Position numbers and translations under genes: made by a program
Notes under the pieces: generated by a model
Told to the model about the DNA's origin: nothing
Database searches by the model: none
What the model saw: only the letters and a program-made list of their open reading frames with translations
From: a virus
Reading direction: 5' to 3' (one strand)
Virus record (IMG/VR): IMGVR_UViG_3300020219_000012
Coordinates: 36,343 to 100,342 of that record
DNA: 64,000 nucleotides
Shown here: positions 37,728 to 48,986 of the stretch, piece by piece
Layout of the letters: the number at the start of each line of letters is the position of its first letter
How positions within the stretch are numbered: position 1 is the stretch's first letter

Positions 37728-38306
37728 TTACACTGTTGCCAGCGGAAGCTTGAAGAGACGGGCGCGGCGATACACCTTGCCCGCGTACGCCTTGCACGAT
37801 CCACTCATGCCCTTGTTGCCGCAGCCGTAGCCCTGCAGCGCCCGGGTCACTGTCTTGGCTCGCTTGAGCCAAGCGGTCAGTTCGGCGACCGTGGTCCGGT
37901 AAGCCAGGTCGATGTCTCGCAGAGCAAGACACCTGGCCCAGGTCGAGGCAGTCGCCTGCGTGATGCCGCAGAAGAAGTTGCCTGTGGCGCCGGCGGGCCG
38001 CTTGGTCGAGAGGTACGAGCCGGTCACGCGCTCGCCATTGATGAGGCGCGACACCGACCAGGGCACGAAGTCGCTCTCGGTGTCGGCCAGGCCCAGCAGC
38101 AGCTCGAGCGGGAAGTCGGCGGTGGCGTGGGCCTGGGCCGCGATCACGACCGCTTCGGCGTGGTCGCGCGACCCGATCCGGCCTTCGGCCAGGACCCGGT
38201 CCACGTACCGGCTGTCAACCGTCGCCGCCCGAGGCGACGCCGTCGCCGCCCGAGGCGACACCATCGTTAGCCATACGATCATGGCGGCAAGTTTTAGAGC
38301 TCTCAT
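37728..38306 (-). CDS. Secreted lysozyme/SLT-fold transglycosylase-like protein
   Basis: Signal-like N-terminus; ADTESDF (catalytic Glu), GITQ, ALQGYGCG and YAGKV. Confidence 0.6.
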   Translation of the reverse strand: MRALKLAAMIVWLTMVSPRAATASPRAATVDSRYVDRVLAEGRIGSRDHAEAVVIAAQAHATADFPLELLLGLADTESDFVPWSVSRLINGERVTGSYLSTKRPAGATGNFFCGITQATASTWARCLALRDIDLAYRTTVAELTAWLKRAKTVTRALQGYGCGNKGMSGSCKAYAGKVYRRARLFKLPLATV

Positions 38307-38411
38307 CAGTCCTCCTCGGAATGTTTTATCCCCACTCGGAGGGTGAGTGGCGTTTACTTGAGCGGTTACAAATCGCGGTATTGACATCGGCGATCGAGTA
38401 GGATCTCGCCC

Positions 38412-38882
38412 ATGGCAATTGGCGACATCACCAACATTGGTCCCGACGGCACAAACGTCACGGTAGCGGTTGAGCTGCTCGCCAGCCGCGCCACCGTCAA
38501 CAGTCCACCGTCGGGCGCGTCGGCGGGCCTGTCGACTGAAATCATCTCGGAGGCCATGGAGGCCTTCAAGGGAGTGCCCGACACGATGACCCTGGTGCTC
38601 TACAGCACCGCCGGGACGGGCGTCATGACCGCGACGGCGCGGCTGTGGTTCTACGATCCGGTCGCAGCCGATTGGTTCCCGGCGGGGACCGGCGTTGATG
38701 GCACCAAGGGCACCATCAACGCACTGACCGCCATGGGCGAGACGGGCGCGGACAAGATCCGCCACATTGAACCCATCTTCTTTCCGTTTCACTGCACTCG
38801 CATCTATCTCGAGATCGTCGCCATCGCCGGCACCGGCACAGAGGTCAAGGCGCACCTGGCGGCCCGGCGGCCCGGTCGATGA
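38412..38882 (+). CDS. Probable virion protein
   Basis: AGGA RBS; Thr/Gly-rich beta protein. Confidence 0.55.
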   Translation: MAIGDITNIGPDGTNVTVAVELLASRATVNSPPSGASAGLSTEIISEAMEAFKGVPDTMTLVLYSTAGTGVMTATARLWFYDPVAADWFPAGTGVDGTKGTINALTAMGETGADKIRHIEPIFFPFHCTRIYLEIVAIAGTGTEVKAHLAARRPGR

Positions 38883-40480
38883 AAAAGACCTTCTCGCGTG
38901 GGTACACCGGCCTGGTGGCGGTGACATTCGTTGGCGTGCTCGGCGTCGCGTTCCTGTCATCGCCGAGCACGACGATCACCTACCCGACCGATCAGTTCCG
39001 GTCGTCGTTCGCGGCCCACCTGGAAGCCACGTCCCTTGGCTCTGACCCGGACGTCCAGGGGCTGGTCTTCAATTTCTACGACACCGGTGCTGGCGAGGGG
39101 CGGTGGATCTACCTGCGCATCTCAGCCGAGAAGATCTTGTGGCACCTCAAGCGCGGCGAGGCTGCGGCCTCTGTCACGCTAGCTGACAAGATGCTGACCT
39201 GGCAACAGCTTAGCAGCGCTGGGGCGCTAGCTAAAAGCTACGGAGCGTTCCCGTCCCTGATTACCGAGGACCCCATCAACCCCGGCGAGTGGATCGCTGC
39301 CGGGGCGCTCGATGGCACCGGCAACCCCGCCTACTACTCCGGCGACGGCCTGGTCATCCTCGAGGCTCTCAGCGAGCTCTACGATGAGACCGGAGATCTA
39401 GACTACCGCACAGCGGGGATCGCCCTGGGCGGGTGGCTGCTCGACATGATCGACGAGCCCAACGCTTGGCTGACCTCGTTTGGCTATGCCGGCACCGCAT
39501 ACCCGGCCCCGTTCAAGTATGTAGACTCCGCTGGCAACTATTCCGATCAGATCGTCCCCTCCGAATGCTTCAACTACATCGGCGCCCTCACTCACCTGAG
39601 CGCCATCACCAGCGACGCCAGCTACGGCGCCCGTGTGGACGGCGCCCGCGACTTCTACGCCGACTCCCAGCACGCCGACGGATACTATTTCGATCACTAC
39701 ACGACTTGGCCTAACTACCCCGCAGCGCCACCGAACTACAACCCCGCCGACTGGGCGCCCTTCCATGTTGGCAACGCGCAGGTCTTGGCCGACAACGTCC
39801 TCAACAGCGCCCTGGGCGCCGTCAAGGCCGGAGACACCGCCGCCGCCAACCTCGCCTTCACCTGGATAAACCAGGCCGTAGATCAGAACGGCGGGGTCCC
39901 TGGCTACCTGTCCCAGTCGGGTGGGCACGGTTTCGGGGTCCAGGATGTCTACTTCGATGTTGTCTCCTCCGGTCAGTACCGCTCGCTGGCGCAGTGGCTC
40001 AATCAGACTGCTCGCGCCACGCAGGCCGTGGCATTCCTGGAAGCAGCGCAGAGCGCCAGCGGCGGCTTCTCGTGGGGTCTCTATCAAAAGCTGGGTCTAT
40101 CGGCGACCGGCGCCACCGATGACGAGGCCCCGCACACTGGCTTTTGGGCCACGGCGGACATGTCGACCTACGCCACGACGCTGACCCCGGCCATCGGCTA
40201 CGACAGCCTGATCCCGCAGAAGCGCCTGACGCTACTGACCGCGACGCCAGCCGGCGTCGACATTGGCTCGACGCCAACCCAGATGACGGCGACCGCGACC
40301 TACAGCGACTCGTCCACGGCCAGCGTTATCGCGAATGTGTTCTGGCACCAAGACGACATCACGAAGGCAACCATCACTCAGGCGGGACTCGTGACACCGG
40401 TCGGAACCGGCAACTCCAACGCCTACGCAACGATCGGCAGATTCACCGACGCCGCATTCCTGGCCACCGCGGCCCCCTAG
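38879..40480 (+). CDS. Membrane-anchored or virion protein: glycosidase-like alpha-hairpin domain plus C-terminal Ig-like domain
   Basis: N-terminal TM; LSELYDETGDLDY motif; QMTATATYSD..W..ATITQAGLVTPVGTG Ig (Big_2-like). Confidence 0.6.
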   Translation: MKKTFSRGYTGLVAVTFVGVLGVAFLSSPSTTITYPTDQFRSSFAAHLEATSLGSDPDVQGLVFNFYDTGAGEGRWIYLRISAEKILWHLKRGEAAASVTLADKMLTWQQLSSAGALAKSYGAFPSLITEDPINPGEWIAAGALDGTGNPAYYSGDGLVILEALSELYDETGDLDYRTAGIALGGWLLDMIDEPNAWLTSFGYAGTAYPAPFKYVDSAGNYSDQIVPSECFNYIGALTHLSAITSDASYGARVDGARDFYADSQHADGYYFDHYTTWPNYPAAPPNYNPADWAPFHVGNAQVLADNVLNSALGAVKAGDTAAANLAFTWINQAVDQNGGVPGYLSQSGGHGFGVQDVYFDVVSSGQYRSLAQWLNQTARATQAVAFLEAAQSASGGFSWGLYQKLGLSATGATDDEAPHTGFWATADMSTYATTLTPAIGYDSLIPQKRLTLLTATPAGVDIGSTPTQMTATATYSDSSTASVIANVFWHQDDITKATITQAGLVTPVGTGNSNAYATIGRFTDAAFLATAAP

Positions 40481-40542
40481 TCGCGGGCTAACCTGTGTAG
40501 TCTCCGGCTACACCCCATTTCAAAAGAAAGAGGCACGAACAG

Positions 40543-41253
40543 ATGGCCATCCACCTATCCGCGCTCGCAAAGCAAACTCCCGGCGTTCGTAATCCCAAGC
40601 TCGGCAAGACCCGGGACCCGTTCGGCTTGCTCCTTCATACGACGGGCGGCGGTGTTACCCCGCTCGCCAAGAAGAAGAAGCAGCTGCCGGTGGATGTGGC
40701 GATCCGCATCTACATCGGCAGCCAGAACGGCAGCAACGGCTATATGTGGGGCGGCCCCGGCTACGTGCTCGAGCACAACGGCACCCTCCATCAGATCGCC
40801 CCCGACAACATCCTCACCAACCACTGCGGCGGTGACGATCGGGCAAAGTACGTGGGCGGCTCATGGATCAAGGAGGCGAGTCCCGCCGCCCTGGCCAAGT
40901 GGCACGCCCAGTGGGGCCCGCGCTACAAGGCACCAAACCAGCTCTACCCCAGCAAGTCGCCCAACACCGATTATGTCGGCGTCGAGATGATCCCCTGCGG
41001 TGACGGCTTTGGCATCCCGATGCGGCCGGGGCTGCGCTTCTCCAAGGAGCAGCACGACATGGCGATCGACCTGGGTCGTGAGATGGCCAAGCGCCACGAG
41101 TGGCCCGCCGGCTGGCAGCGTGGATCGCGGCTGGTCGGCCACGAGGACGTTCAGCTGCTTAACCGCATGGACAAGAACGGCGGCTGGGATCCAGGCTGGC
41201 TCCGCGAGAAGCCGTACTTCGACTTCGACTACGTGCGCAACAATATCGGCTGA
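40543..41253 (+). CDS. N-acetylmuramoyl-L-alanine amidase (endolysin)
   Basis: LLHTT, GTLHQIAP..HCG, VGVEM, VGHED and DPG. Confidence 0.8.
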   Translation: MAIHLSALAKQTPGVRNPKLGKTRDPFGLLLHTTGGGVTPLAKKKKQLPVDVAIRIYIGSQNGSNGYMWGGPGYVLEHNGTLHQIAPDNILTNHCGGDDRAKYVGGSWIKEASPAALAKWHAQWGPRYKAPNQLYPSKSPNTDYVGVEMIPCGDGFGIPMRPGLRFSKEQHDMAIDLGREMAKRHEWPAGWQRGSRLVGHEDVQLLNRMDKNGGWDPGWLREKPYFDFDYVRNNIG

Positions 41254-42132
41254 GGTCGGGCAGCTAGCTGCGCGTCGATGTCGACGACGCAGGCCTTCCA
41301 CGTCTCATGGTCACAGCCCATGCCGAGAAGGCGGCCCATTCGCTCATAGGTGGCCAGCTCATCGCAGATCTCTCGGCGGATCTGATCGAGCTGGACGGTG
41401 GTGCAGCCGGGCCCGTATGACCGAATGAGGTCCTGGGCCAGCCCCGGCGCGGTCGACACCCGCCCCATGGCGTAGCGGACGTAGCCGAGCAGCATGTACC
41501 AGAGGTCTGTCTGGTTGACGGCGACTGTGGTCATGGTGTCTCCCGGTTAGTACGGACGATCTGGCGCTTGCGGTATTTCAATTGGAACCCCCTCGGTCGT
41601 GGGCGGTGCGAAGGCTGCCCGGCGGGCCATGAGGTCTCGGTTGCTCTGTGCCTGGCACTCGTCGCGCTGCGCAGTTAGCGCACGGAGTTGGCCCATGACA
41701 GTGCGAAGAAGCATGTCCCTGTCCTCCAGGGCGTGAGAGAGCTTTTCATACGCAGCCCTCTCGTCGGCAAGCTGCCGGCTACGTAGGAGCAGCTCATTGC
41801 GCAGCCCCCGGGTGACCCCGGCGGCAAGCGCAAGGCGTTCGGGGATCTCCAGCTCGCCTGCAGGGATGTCGTTGTTGTTGAGCCAGTTGATGACGTCCAG
41901 CACCCACAGCTCGTGTTGGGCCTCCATGCCGCTTTGCTTCACGACCCATCCATGACGTATTCCATGTCCTCGGGAATGACGATGATGCGGACGACCCGCT
42001 CCTTCGTTGTGCCCGGGGGGATGATCCGCGTCTGGAGTTGGGTGAGCTGGTTCTGGAGGGCGGCATCGCACATGGCGGCCGTCAGCAGGTCGATGAAGGT
42101 GGCGGTGTCTTTGGACTCTTTGGTATCGGACA

Positions 42133-42927
42133 CTAGAGTGCCTCCCAGGCGGCGATGATGGCCGGGTAGACCGGGCGGAGTAGGGTGAGCATGGCCTCGG
42201 CGTAGACCCGGACCTCGTACTGGGCGTGCGGATCCAGGCGGAGCTTGAGCAGGTGCAGGGTGTTGTGCAGGTCGTTCTGCCAGTACCACTCGGTGTACGT
42301 GGCGACGGGCAGGACAGTGCGGGCGAGCTCGGCGGCCATCTTGTGCTTGTCGAGCAACTTCTCGTAGGCGTCGAAGGCTCGTTCGTTCGACTCCTTCATG
42401 ATGTTGAAGCAGCCGACGGGGTCGGCGACCAACTCATCCGATGAGCCCTGCTTGTTGTTGGTCGACTGCTTCTGCATCCGATCTTTGGCTGGAACGTAGA
42501 ACTCGCGAGCTGCCTTGACGTAGCGGTAGCTGACTTCGTTGATGCTCGCCGTTCGATGACGGACCAGCTGCCTTGCCACGAAGATCGGCATCTTCATGTA
42601 GAAGCGGACTTGGCAGAACTCAAGCGGAGTGGTGTGGCGATGCCGGATCAGGTAGCCGGTCAACTTGGCGTCGGCCTCCTCGGTTCTCTCCTCCTTGTTG
42701 CGAAAGGAAGTCCGGGCCGTCCTGGCAGGAGTGCGGTCGTTGCCCATGGTGTCAACCAGCGCGACGAAGCCGTGATCGAGAACAGCGATCTCGGATGCCG
42801 GGCTGTGCTTGCCCAGACGCAGACGAAGCTGGGCGGGGGGGATGGCTTCGGCCTTGGCCTTGGTAATCGGTGGAGGTGGGGTGGGCTTCGCCTTGGCCGA
42901 CCTTTCGAGGGATCGTCTCTTGGTCAT
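42133..42927 (-). CDS. thyX: Flavin-dependent thymidylate synthase
   Basis: HTTPLEF, RQLVRHRTASINEVSYRY, ARTVLP and HAQYEVR. Confidence 0.95.
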   Translation of the reverse strand: MTKRRSLERSAKAKPTPPPPITKAKAEAIPPAQLRLRLGKHSPASEIAVLDHGFVALVDTMGNDRTPARTARTSFRNKEERTEEADAKLTGYLIRHRHTTPLEFCQVRFYMKMPIFVARQLVRHRTASINEVSYRYVKAAREFYVPAKDRMQKQSTNNKQGSSDELVADPVGCFNIMKESNERAFDAYEKLLDKHKMAAELARTVLPVATYTEWYWQNDLHNTLHLLKLRLDPHAQYEVRVYAEAMLTLLRPVYPAIIAAWEAL

Positions 42928-43328
42928 GAATCGATCTTTCCCCACCCATGCGGCAGGATGCAGTTTTCGGGGGCGCCGTTGAACATGGGCCCCAGTTGCT
43001 CGTCGGTAAGGCCGGCCAGGCCGCAGCCGACACGTGTCACGAAGAACGTGAGCTGCGGGTTGGCCTCGGCGTAGAAGAGCAGGAGCTTGGCGTGGCGGGC
43101 GATGGTGTTAAGCGGAAGTGTCAGGAGGTTCTTGTCTTTGGTCGGCAGGGCGTAGCACCTGGGAGCGTAGGCATCCGGCATCGGCCCCTCGCCAACACCC
43201 CAGGCCGCGCCCAGATCGCTTCTGGCATACCTGGCAGCGCCGGCGCCGTGAATGCCGGCCAGGTTGGAGCCGAACACGAAGACCTGGCCCGACTTGGGGT
43301 CAAAGACCCGGTCGATCTCCATCGTCAC
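42924..43328 (-). CDS. Conserved phage protein (FVFGSNLAG family)
   Basis: VFVFGSNLAGIHGAGAA, YALPTK and VTRVGCGLAG. Confidence 0.75.
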   Translation of the reverse strand: MTMEIDRVFDPKSGQVFVFGSNLAGIHGAGAARYARSDLGAAWGVGEGPMPDAYAPRCYALPTKDKNLLTLPLNTIARHAKLLLFYAEANPQLTFFVTRVGCGLAGLTDEQLGPMFNGAPENCILPHGWGKIDS

Positions 43329-43480
43329 TTAGGCTTCCCTCGGCGCTCGTGGCGGATCCAACCGATGCGCTCGGCAGCCTCGATGATCTTGGCAGCCGTC
43401 AGCTTGGGGGTGACCTTGATGGGGGTCGTCATCGGGAGATGGCTTCGGGATAAGCGGCCGTCTCTTCTCTTCTTTGTAGA

Positions 43481-43738
43481 TCACTTGATTCGAACTCCTC
43501 GCAGCTTTTGGCGCTGCTGGGCGGCGCGGCGGTCCAGCAGCCAGCAGACCGGCATCACGGTGACGAAAAAGGCCAGGACCAGGACCAGCCCGGAGACCAG
43601 CGGCATCCACAGCGGCGCCACCACCCAGTGCCAGGACCAGTCGATGTGATCAGTCAGGCGCAGGGCGACGAAGATCAAGAACAGCGCTCCTGCCAGCCCA
43701 ATACTGCCAGACGCTGTGTGTTTTGCCGAATTGCTCAT
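43481..43738 (-). CDS. Small two-TM membrane protein
   Basis: LFLIFVALRLT..IDWSWHWVVAPLW. Confidence 0.7.
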   Translation of the reverse strand: MSNSAKHTASGSIGLAGALFLIFVALRLTDHIDWSWHWVVAPLWMPLVSGLVLVLAFFVTVMPVCWLLDRRAAQQRQKLRGVRIK

Positions 43739-44257
43739 AGGGTCTCGTTCCTCCAGTCGTTGTACAGGGCGGTTAGAAGGCTCGCGCCCACCGTGGCACG
43801 GTCGCCCTTGTCGTCGAGCGACCTGGACTCGAGCTCGAGCAAGGTCCTCTCGATGATGGCGCCGATGCGAGCCCAGTCCGGGTAGGTGGCGGCGCTCATG
43901 CGACAGTGAGTCCGCTGGTATTGGACTGGTCGTCGTGGATCTGGGCGGAGGACGGGACAGATGTGGCGATCGGTGTCGTCACGACAGCGTGCGCCCGCTG
44001 CAGGCGATCGACGTGGATGTGGGCCACCTCGGGAGCGGCGTAGGCGACCGACTTCAGGTAAGCGTCCACCTCTTCGACGAACCTGCGGTGGACGCCGAGC
44101 TCGGACTCGAGCGAGGCGATGTGGCTGACGAGCCGATCGATGTGACCGCCGAGCATGACAGCGCCGACGTGGTCGGCCTGGGCCAGGAGCTTGATCTTGT
44201 ACTCAACGATACCGCTGAGCTGATCTGGGGAGAGGCGCTGAAGCGGAACGTTCCTGA

Positions 44258-45019
44258 TCATGGGATTACCTCGTAGCAGTCGTCGACCCAGACGCCGCTC
44301 TCGATGAGCGTCACCTTGGCCAGCGCAGAATTGCGCTTCCAGGTGTCGTCGGCATGCCGAGGCTCACGAACGGCGGGGCAAGCCACACAAGCGATACCAG
44401 CCTGCGCGATGAGCTTGGCGCACTCGCTGCACGGGTACATCGTGGTGACCAAGGCGCAGCCGCGGACGCTCACGACGGCGTTCAGGATGGCGTTCATCTC
44501 GGCGTGCACGACCAACGCGTATTTGGTTGGACGGTCAGCGAGCCGCTCCGGTGTGTCCTTGACGCCCTTGGCAAAGCCGTTGTAGCCCAGGCCAATGACC
44601 CGGCGGTCCTCGTTGACGATGACGGCGCCGACCTTGGTGCTGGGGTCCTTGCTCCAGGAGCTGACGTTGACCGCCAGGCCCATGAAGCGCTGGAACCAGG
44701 GCGGGGTGATCTTGTCGCGAACCGGAGGTGAGGTCCGGGCGAGTTCGACCGCAAGGCCGTTCTCGTCCTGGTACTGAATGAGCACGTTGGGTTTGCTTTC
44801 CTTGGGCCGGCGATGGCCCGGCATGTTGATGGTGACCGCCCGTAGCCGGGCGTCTTGGCGCAGGTGGCGGAAGGCGACCAGATCTTTATAGAGCGAGTCG
44901 TGGATGCTGTAGACGATGGACTCGACGCTGAGGCTGTCGACAACTTGGGCGGGCCTGATACCCGAGCCGAGCGTACTGCGGCGCCAGTCGACGAGAGGGC
45001 GGAACCGTTCGTAGCTCAC
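44258..45019 (-). CDS. dCMP deaminase
   Basis: SKDPSTKVGAVIV, GYNG, HAEMNAI and PCSEC. Confidence 0.9.
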   Translation of the reverse strand: MSYERFRPLVDWRRSTLGSGIRPAQVVDSLSVESIVYSIHDSLYKDLVAFRHLRQDARLRAVTINMPGHRRPKESKPNVLIQYQDENGLAVELARTSPPVRDKITPPWFQRFMGLAVNVSSWSKDPSTKVGAVIVNEDRRVIGLGYNGFAKGVKDTPERLADRPTKYALVVHAEMNAILNAVVSVRGCALVTTMYPCSECAKLIAQAGIACVACPAVREPRHADDTWKRNSALAKVTLIESGVWVDDCYEVIP

Positions 45020-45865
45020 GGCTGACCTCGCTTCTTCTCGAGGTCACGGCGGCGCTGCCACCAGCCGCGGATCTGTTCCGATAGGGGCTTGTCCCGCTTG
45101 ACCACGAACTCGATGATGTCAGCTGCCGCCTTGTCGCCGCCCCTGGCCTCGGCCACCGCATCCCGGCTGGGCTGGCTGGTCAGGTGCAGGTAGCGGCAGT
45201 GCGGGCAGGCGTAGTGACGAAGGTAGGTGTCGGGTCGCTCTCGCTTGGCTTCGACGATGGCCTGGTCGGCCTCGGCGACCGTGTTGTACCGGACCTTGCG
45301 AAAGCACCCGCGATCCGGGTTCACTCGACAGCCAACCGAAGCTGGGGCAACCGCAGATCACCCAGCCGCAGGTCCTCCTTGTTGCACGCGAGGCATTTAC
45401 CGCAGCGGCTCTCGATCGCAGCTTTGCCGCAGTCATTGGCGGTCAGCACCCGCTGCACCCAGTATCGCGCCACCTGCTTTTCGAGCTCGGCGATGAGGGA
45501 GTGCTGGGCGTCGATCCTCACAATGAGCGGCGCCAGCGAGGCGATCGCCCTCTTGGCATCTCCGCGCAGGCCCTCGATCACCGACCGAACGGAGGCGCCC
45601 TCCTTGGCCAGTGCTGGGCTGACGTCGCTGATCGCCAGGTAGACGTCTCGCTGCGCGGCCTCGGCCTTGGCCTTCCACTGATCACGCTCGGCCACGAGGA
45701 CCGGGAATTCGCGAGCGGCAATCTGCGCCATCTCGGCGGTCCATTGTTCGAGGGCCACCACCAACGCGCACCCGACGTGCTCGCAGACAGCGCCCTCGGC
45801 GCACTCTACGGTCGAAGACGTTGGGCGCGCAGCCAGCAACTTCTTGAACTCTGTGTAGTCGGTCA

Positions 45866-46882
45866 CTACTTGGCTTTCTTCTTGCGGTACTTCAAGATCT
45901 TGCCAACCAGGGCCGACTTGCCACCCGGCAGCTTGGAGGCGCCAACGATCTTGCACGGGCCGGCGGCGTACTTGCGCAGGTCGGCGAGCGATTCGTTCAT
46001 CAGGTCCTTGCCGCTGAGCCTGGCGAACCGACGGGCCTTGTTGTAGGCGGCCTTGCCCTGGTCGCTCACATGAACAGCTTCAGCGCGCACGTCGGCGGGT
46101 TCGTCGTGGGCGCTGTCACCTTCACGCCACTCCTCATCGTCATCTTCGTCGATTTCCTCGCTGTGCACGGTGGACGACAGCAGCCCGCCAGCATGGTGGC
46201 CGATGACCTTGTACTCACAGACCCGCATCTTGCGATAGCTCTCGTCGTTGGGCACGCAGACCACGTGCTCGGGGTCGACCTCGCAGATCACCACGGCCCC
46301 GTCCGAGTGGAAGCTGTCGGCATACGAGAGGTCGCCGACGTGATAGCCGAAGTGACAAGCCGTCTGCGGGTCGTCGGAGACGAGGTTTCGCTCCATCCGG
46401 TTGACCACGCCCGGCGAGTTGTCGACCTTGCCTGTGTAGCAATCCGTGAGGTCCGCCTTGACGCCCTTGTAGGCCAGGAAGGTGCCGTCCTTCTGAAGCG
46501 GAATGCCCGAATGCTGCAGGAAGTTGAAGAGCTGGTTCACCGACCGGTGGCTCGGGTTCTTGGCCAGCCGCTCATAGAAGTTGAACACGGGCTCGGGGCT
46601 CTCGCCCTGGGCTGCCATCTCGCGGATGCGACCCTGGATGGAAATAGGCAGCGGTTCACCGTCATAGAAGATCTTGCCGTCGGCGCTCGCCGCGAACCGA
46701 CCCTTGGCCCACTGTGCCAGCGAGCCTGCCAGGGTCAAGCTGCGGACCACGCCGTCCCAGTCCTCGGACAGCACCGCGCTATGGATGGCGCTGTACTGAA
46801 TGGAGCCCTTGAGAAAGGTGTGGGGGGTGCCGGCGTGGATGACGGTCGCAGACTCATGAGTGATCGTGAAGGCGGGGCGCAT
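45866..46882 (-). CDS. T4 rIIB-like protein
   Basis: LAKNPS, DGTFLAYKGV, CHFGYHVG and KMRVCEYKV; adjacent to rIIA. Confidence 0.85.
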   Translation of the reverse strand: MRPAFTITHESATVIHAGTPHTFLKGSIQYSAIHSAVLSEDWDGVVRSLTLAGSLAQWAKGRFAASADGKIFYDGEPLPISIQGRIREMAAQGESPEPVFNFYERLAKNPSHRSVNQLFNFLQHSGIPLQKDGTFLAYKGVKADLTDCYTGKVDNSPGVVNRMERNLVSDDPQTACHFGYHVGDLSYADSFHSDGAVVICEVDPEHVVCVPNDESYRKMRVCEYKVIGHHAGGLLSSTVHSEEIDEDDDEEWREGDSAHDEPADVRAEAVHVSDQGKAAYNKARRFARLSGKDLMNESLADLRKYAAGPCKIVGASKLPGGKSALVGKILKYRKKKAK

Positions 46883-48986
46883 GGTTCTTGGCTTTCTTGG
46901 CGGCGCGAGCAGCGTCCGCCTGGGTGAGCTTGTGGTTCGAATCGACGAGCTGAACGTAGTCCATCCAGATTCCGGGGTTGCCGGTGCCGGTGGGATTCCA
47001 GAGCGAAGAGATCCCTACGTGCGCAAAGAGTGGGTAGCGATCCAGGATGGCCTTGAGTTCTCGAGCGGCCTCCGAATCCCCTGGGCGGATGTTCAGGCGC
47101 TTCGTCAGGTCGGTCAGGACGGCAGCCTTGTTGGCGCCCAGTCCCTGGACGACCTTCGCGGCGTGGGCGTGGCGGGTATATAGCCTGTTGATCGAATGCT
47201 GGTCGCCCAGGTCATTGACCATCGCAGCCAGGCGCTGACTGCTCGGCGCACCAGGGCGATGGCTATAATGGCCATGGATATTCTCGCGCTCGAGGCGGGC
47301 CCACTGTAGCTCGACGATGAGATCGGGGAGGTCGGGGGTGCTATCCAGGATCTGCTTGGCCAGATCCTTGCGCCAGACCCGGTATTCGGTGCCAACGACC
47401 AGGGCTGGGTTGATCGGTTTTTTGTCGGTGGTCTTGTAGCCATAGACCTTCGGCATCGTGAAATCGAAGGCTCTGCAGAGGGCATCGTCGGCGATGTAGT
47501 CGGGATAGAAGTCCCTGTACTGGTCCGCCTTGAAGTTGTGGGTCACGACGTACACGTCACCCTTGTCGGGCACCCGTGACTCGGTATCCCAGTGGGCCGA
47601 GTAAGGATTCTTGTAGTGAGTTCTGGGGATGAGCTTGAAAGTAGAGACCTTGTGCTTGGGGTTGTTGACCTTCTTGGGCTTCTTGTAGGGCGCGGTATAC
47701 GGGCAGATCGAGAGGAACTCGACCCGAACGCCGACCATGCCCGAGGCCTCGATGGCCGCATCGAGGGCGATCTTGGCCTCGCCGAACGTCTTGCCCGGGG
47801 CGGGCCGAATCACGTAGTCGTTGAACGCCAGGCGATAGCCGACGAGATCCTCGCCGGTGTCATCGATTAGGAGGCGGACGTCCTTACTGACCGATATGCG
47901 GGTCGAGGCCGACCGGTTGTGGACCAGGCTGAAGTCCGCCGCGTCGTAGATGAGCTTGACGTGGGGGTCGGTGATCTCATTCCAATCCTCAGGGAACGGC
48001 AGCTCCAGGGTGTTGAGCACCTGAGCCCGCAGACGCATCTCCCAGGGAGAGATGCCGGCACCGCCGAGTGAACCCAGCGTGTGCTGGACGAACTCGTCGA
48101 CCAGGTCGTTGATCTTTTCGACCAGCGCCGCCTTGGTCCGATCGGTGTACTTGAGCTCTTCGCGGGATGCCGAGACCTGCACCTCGCCGATCCCGAAGAA
48201 GAGCGACCCTGAGATCCTGGGCATGAACTTGCCCAGCTGGTCCCGCGGCAGCTGGTCGATGTTGACCCGGTAGGGCACGCAGCCCATGACTGCGATCCAG
48301 CGGGTAGATCCGCCCTGGTCGGCCGTGCACAGGCTGCCGTGGGTCAGGATCGTGCTGGCCTCGGGAATGGGGGGCAAGATGATGTTGATGGCCGGCCGGG
48401 GGCTGTAGTGCTGAAAGAGCTGTGACGCCTTGGTGTTGAACTCGTGGACGTCGGCGGGGCGCGTGGCGATCTGGATCTCGATGCCGGTCTCGGCGGATGG
48501 CTCTTCGTGGACGAGCTGGATCTCACCCTTGTCGGATGGGTCGAGCACGGCAATATAGATTCGCTTCACCCCGCCATGGTGGCTGATGACCGTGAATGAG
48601 TCCGAGTAGGCAAAGCCGGACTTGGACCCGATGCCCAGCATGCCGACGGCATCGTTGGTGCCACGGCGCGTGGAGGCGCCGTACTGAGTGTAGATCTCGA
48701 ACACCTCGTCGCGGGACAGGCCCTTGCCGTGATCGCGCACCGTGAACAGCGGTTCGTCATAAGTCGGAACATGGATCTCGATCGGCCGATCGGCTATCCC
48801 GGCCTCGCGATGTGAGTCCCAGGCGTTGCTCGAGTACTCGCGCAGAACGGCTAAGATCTTGTCGGAGTAGATGCCCTCACGGAGCAGGCCCATGATGTGG
48901 GGGGTGTCCTTGTGGGAGATACCGAACGAGGCGCTCGCCGTCGAACCACTGCTATGAATGGCTCGCTGGTCGTCGGATGGCTTCAT
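46854..48986 (-). CDS. T4 rIIA-like GHKL ATPase
   Basis: IYSDKILAVLREYSSNAWDSH, DHGKGLS and GMLGIGSKS. Confidence 0.85.
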   Translation of the reverse strand: MKPSDDQRAIHSSGSTASASFGISHKDTPHIMGLLREGIYSDKILAVLREYSSNAWDSHREAGIADRPIEIHVPTYDEPLFTVRDHGKGLSRDEVFEIYTQYGASTRRGTNDAVGMLGIGSKSGFAYSDSFTVISHHGGVKRIYIAVLDPSDKGEIQLVHEEPSAETGIEIQIATRPADVHEFNTKASQLFQHYSPRPAINIILPPIPEASTILTHGSLCTADQGGSTRWIAVMGCVPYRVNIDQLPRDQLGKFMPRISGSLFFGIGEVQVSASREELKYTDRTKAALVEKINDLVDEFVQHTLGSLGGAGISPWEMRLRAQVLNTLELPFPEDWNEITDPHVKLIYDAADFSLVHNRSASTRISVSKDVRLLIDDTGEDLVGYRLAFNDYVIRPAPGKTFGEAKIALDAAIEASGMVGVRVEFLSICPYTAPYKKPKKVNNPKHKVSTFKLIPRTHYKNPYSAHWDTESRVPDKGDVYVVTHNFKADQYRDFYPDYIADDALCRAFDFTMPKVYGYKTTDKKPINPALVVGTEYRVWRKDLAKQILDSTPDLPDLIVELQWARLERENIHGHYSHRPGAPSSQRLAAMVNDLGDQHSINRLYTRHAHAAKVVQGLGANKAAVLTDLTKRLNIRPGDSEAARELKAILDRYPLFAHVGISSLWNPTGTGNPGIWMDYVQLVDSNHKLTQADAARAAKKAKNHAPRLHDHS

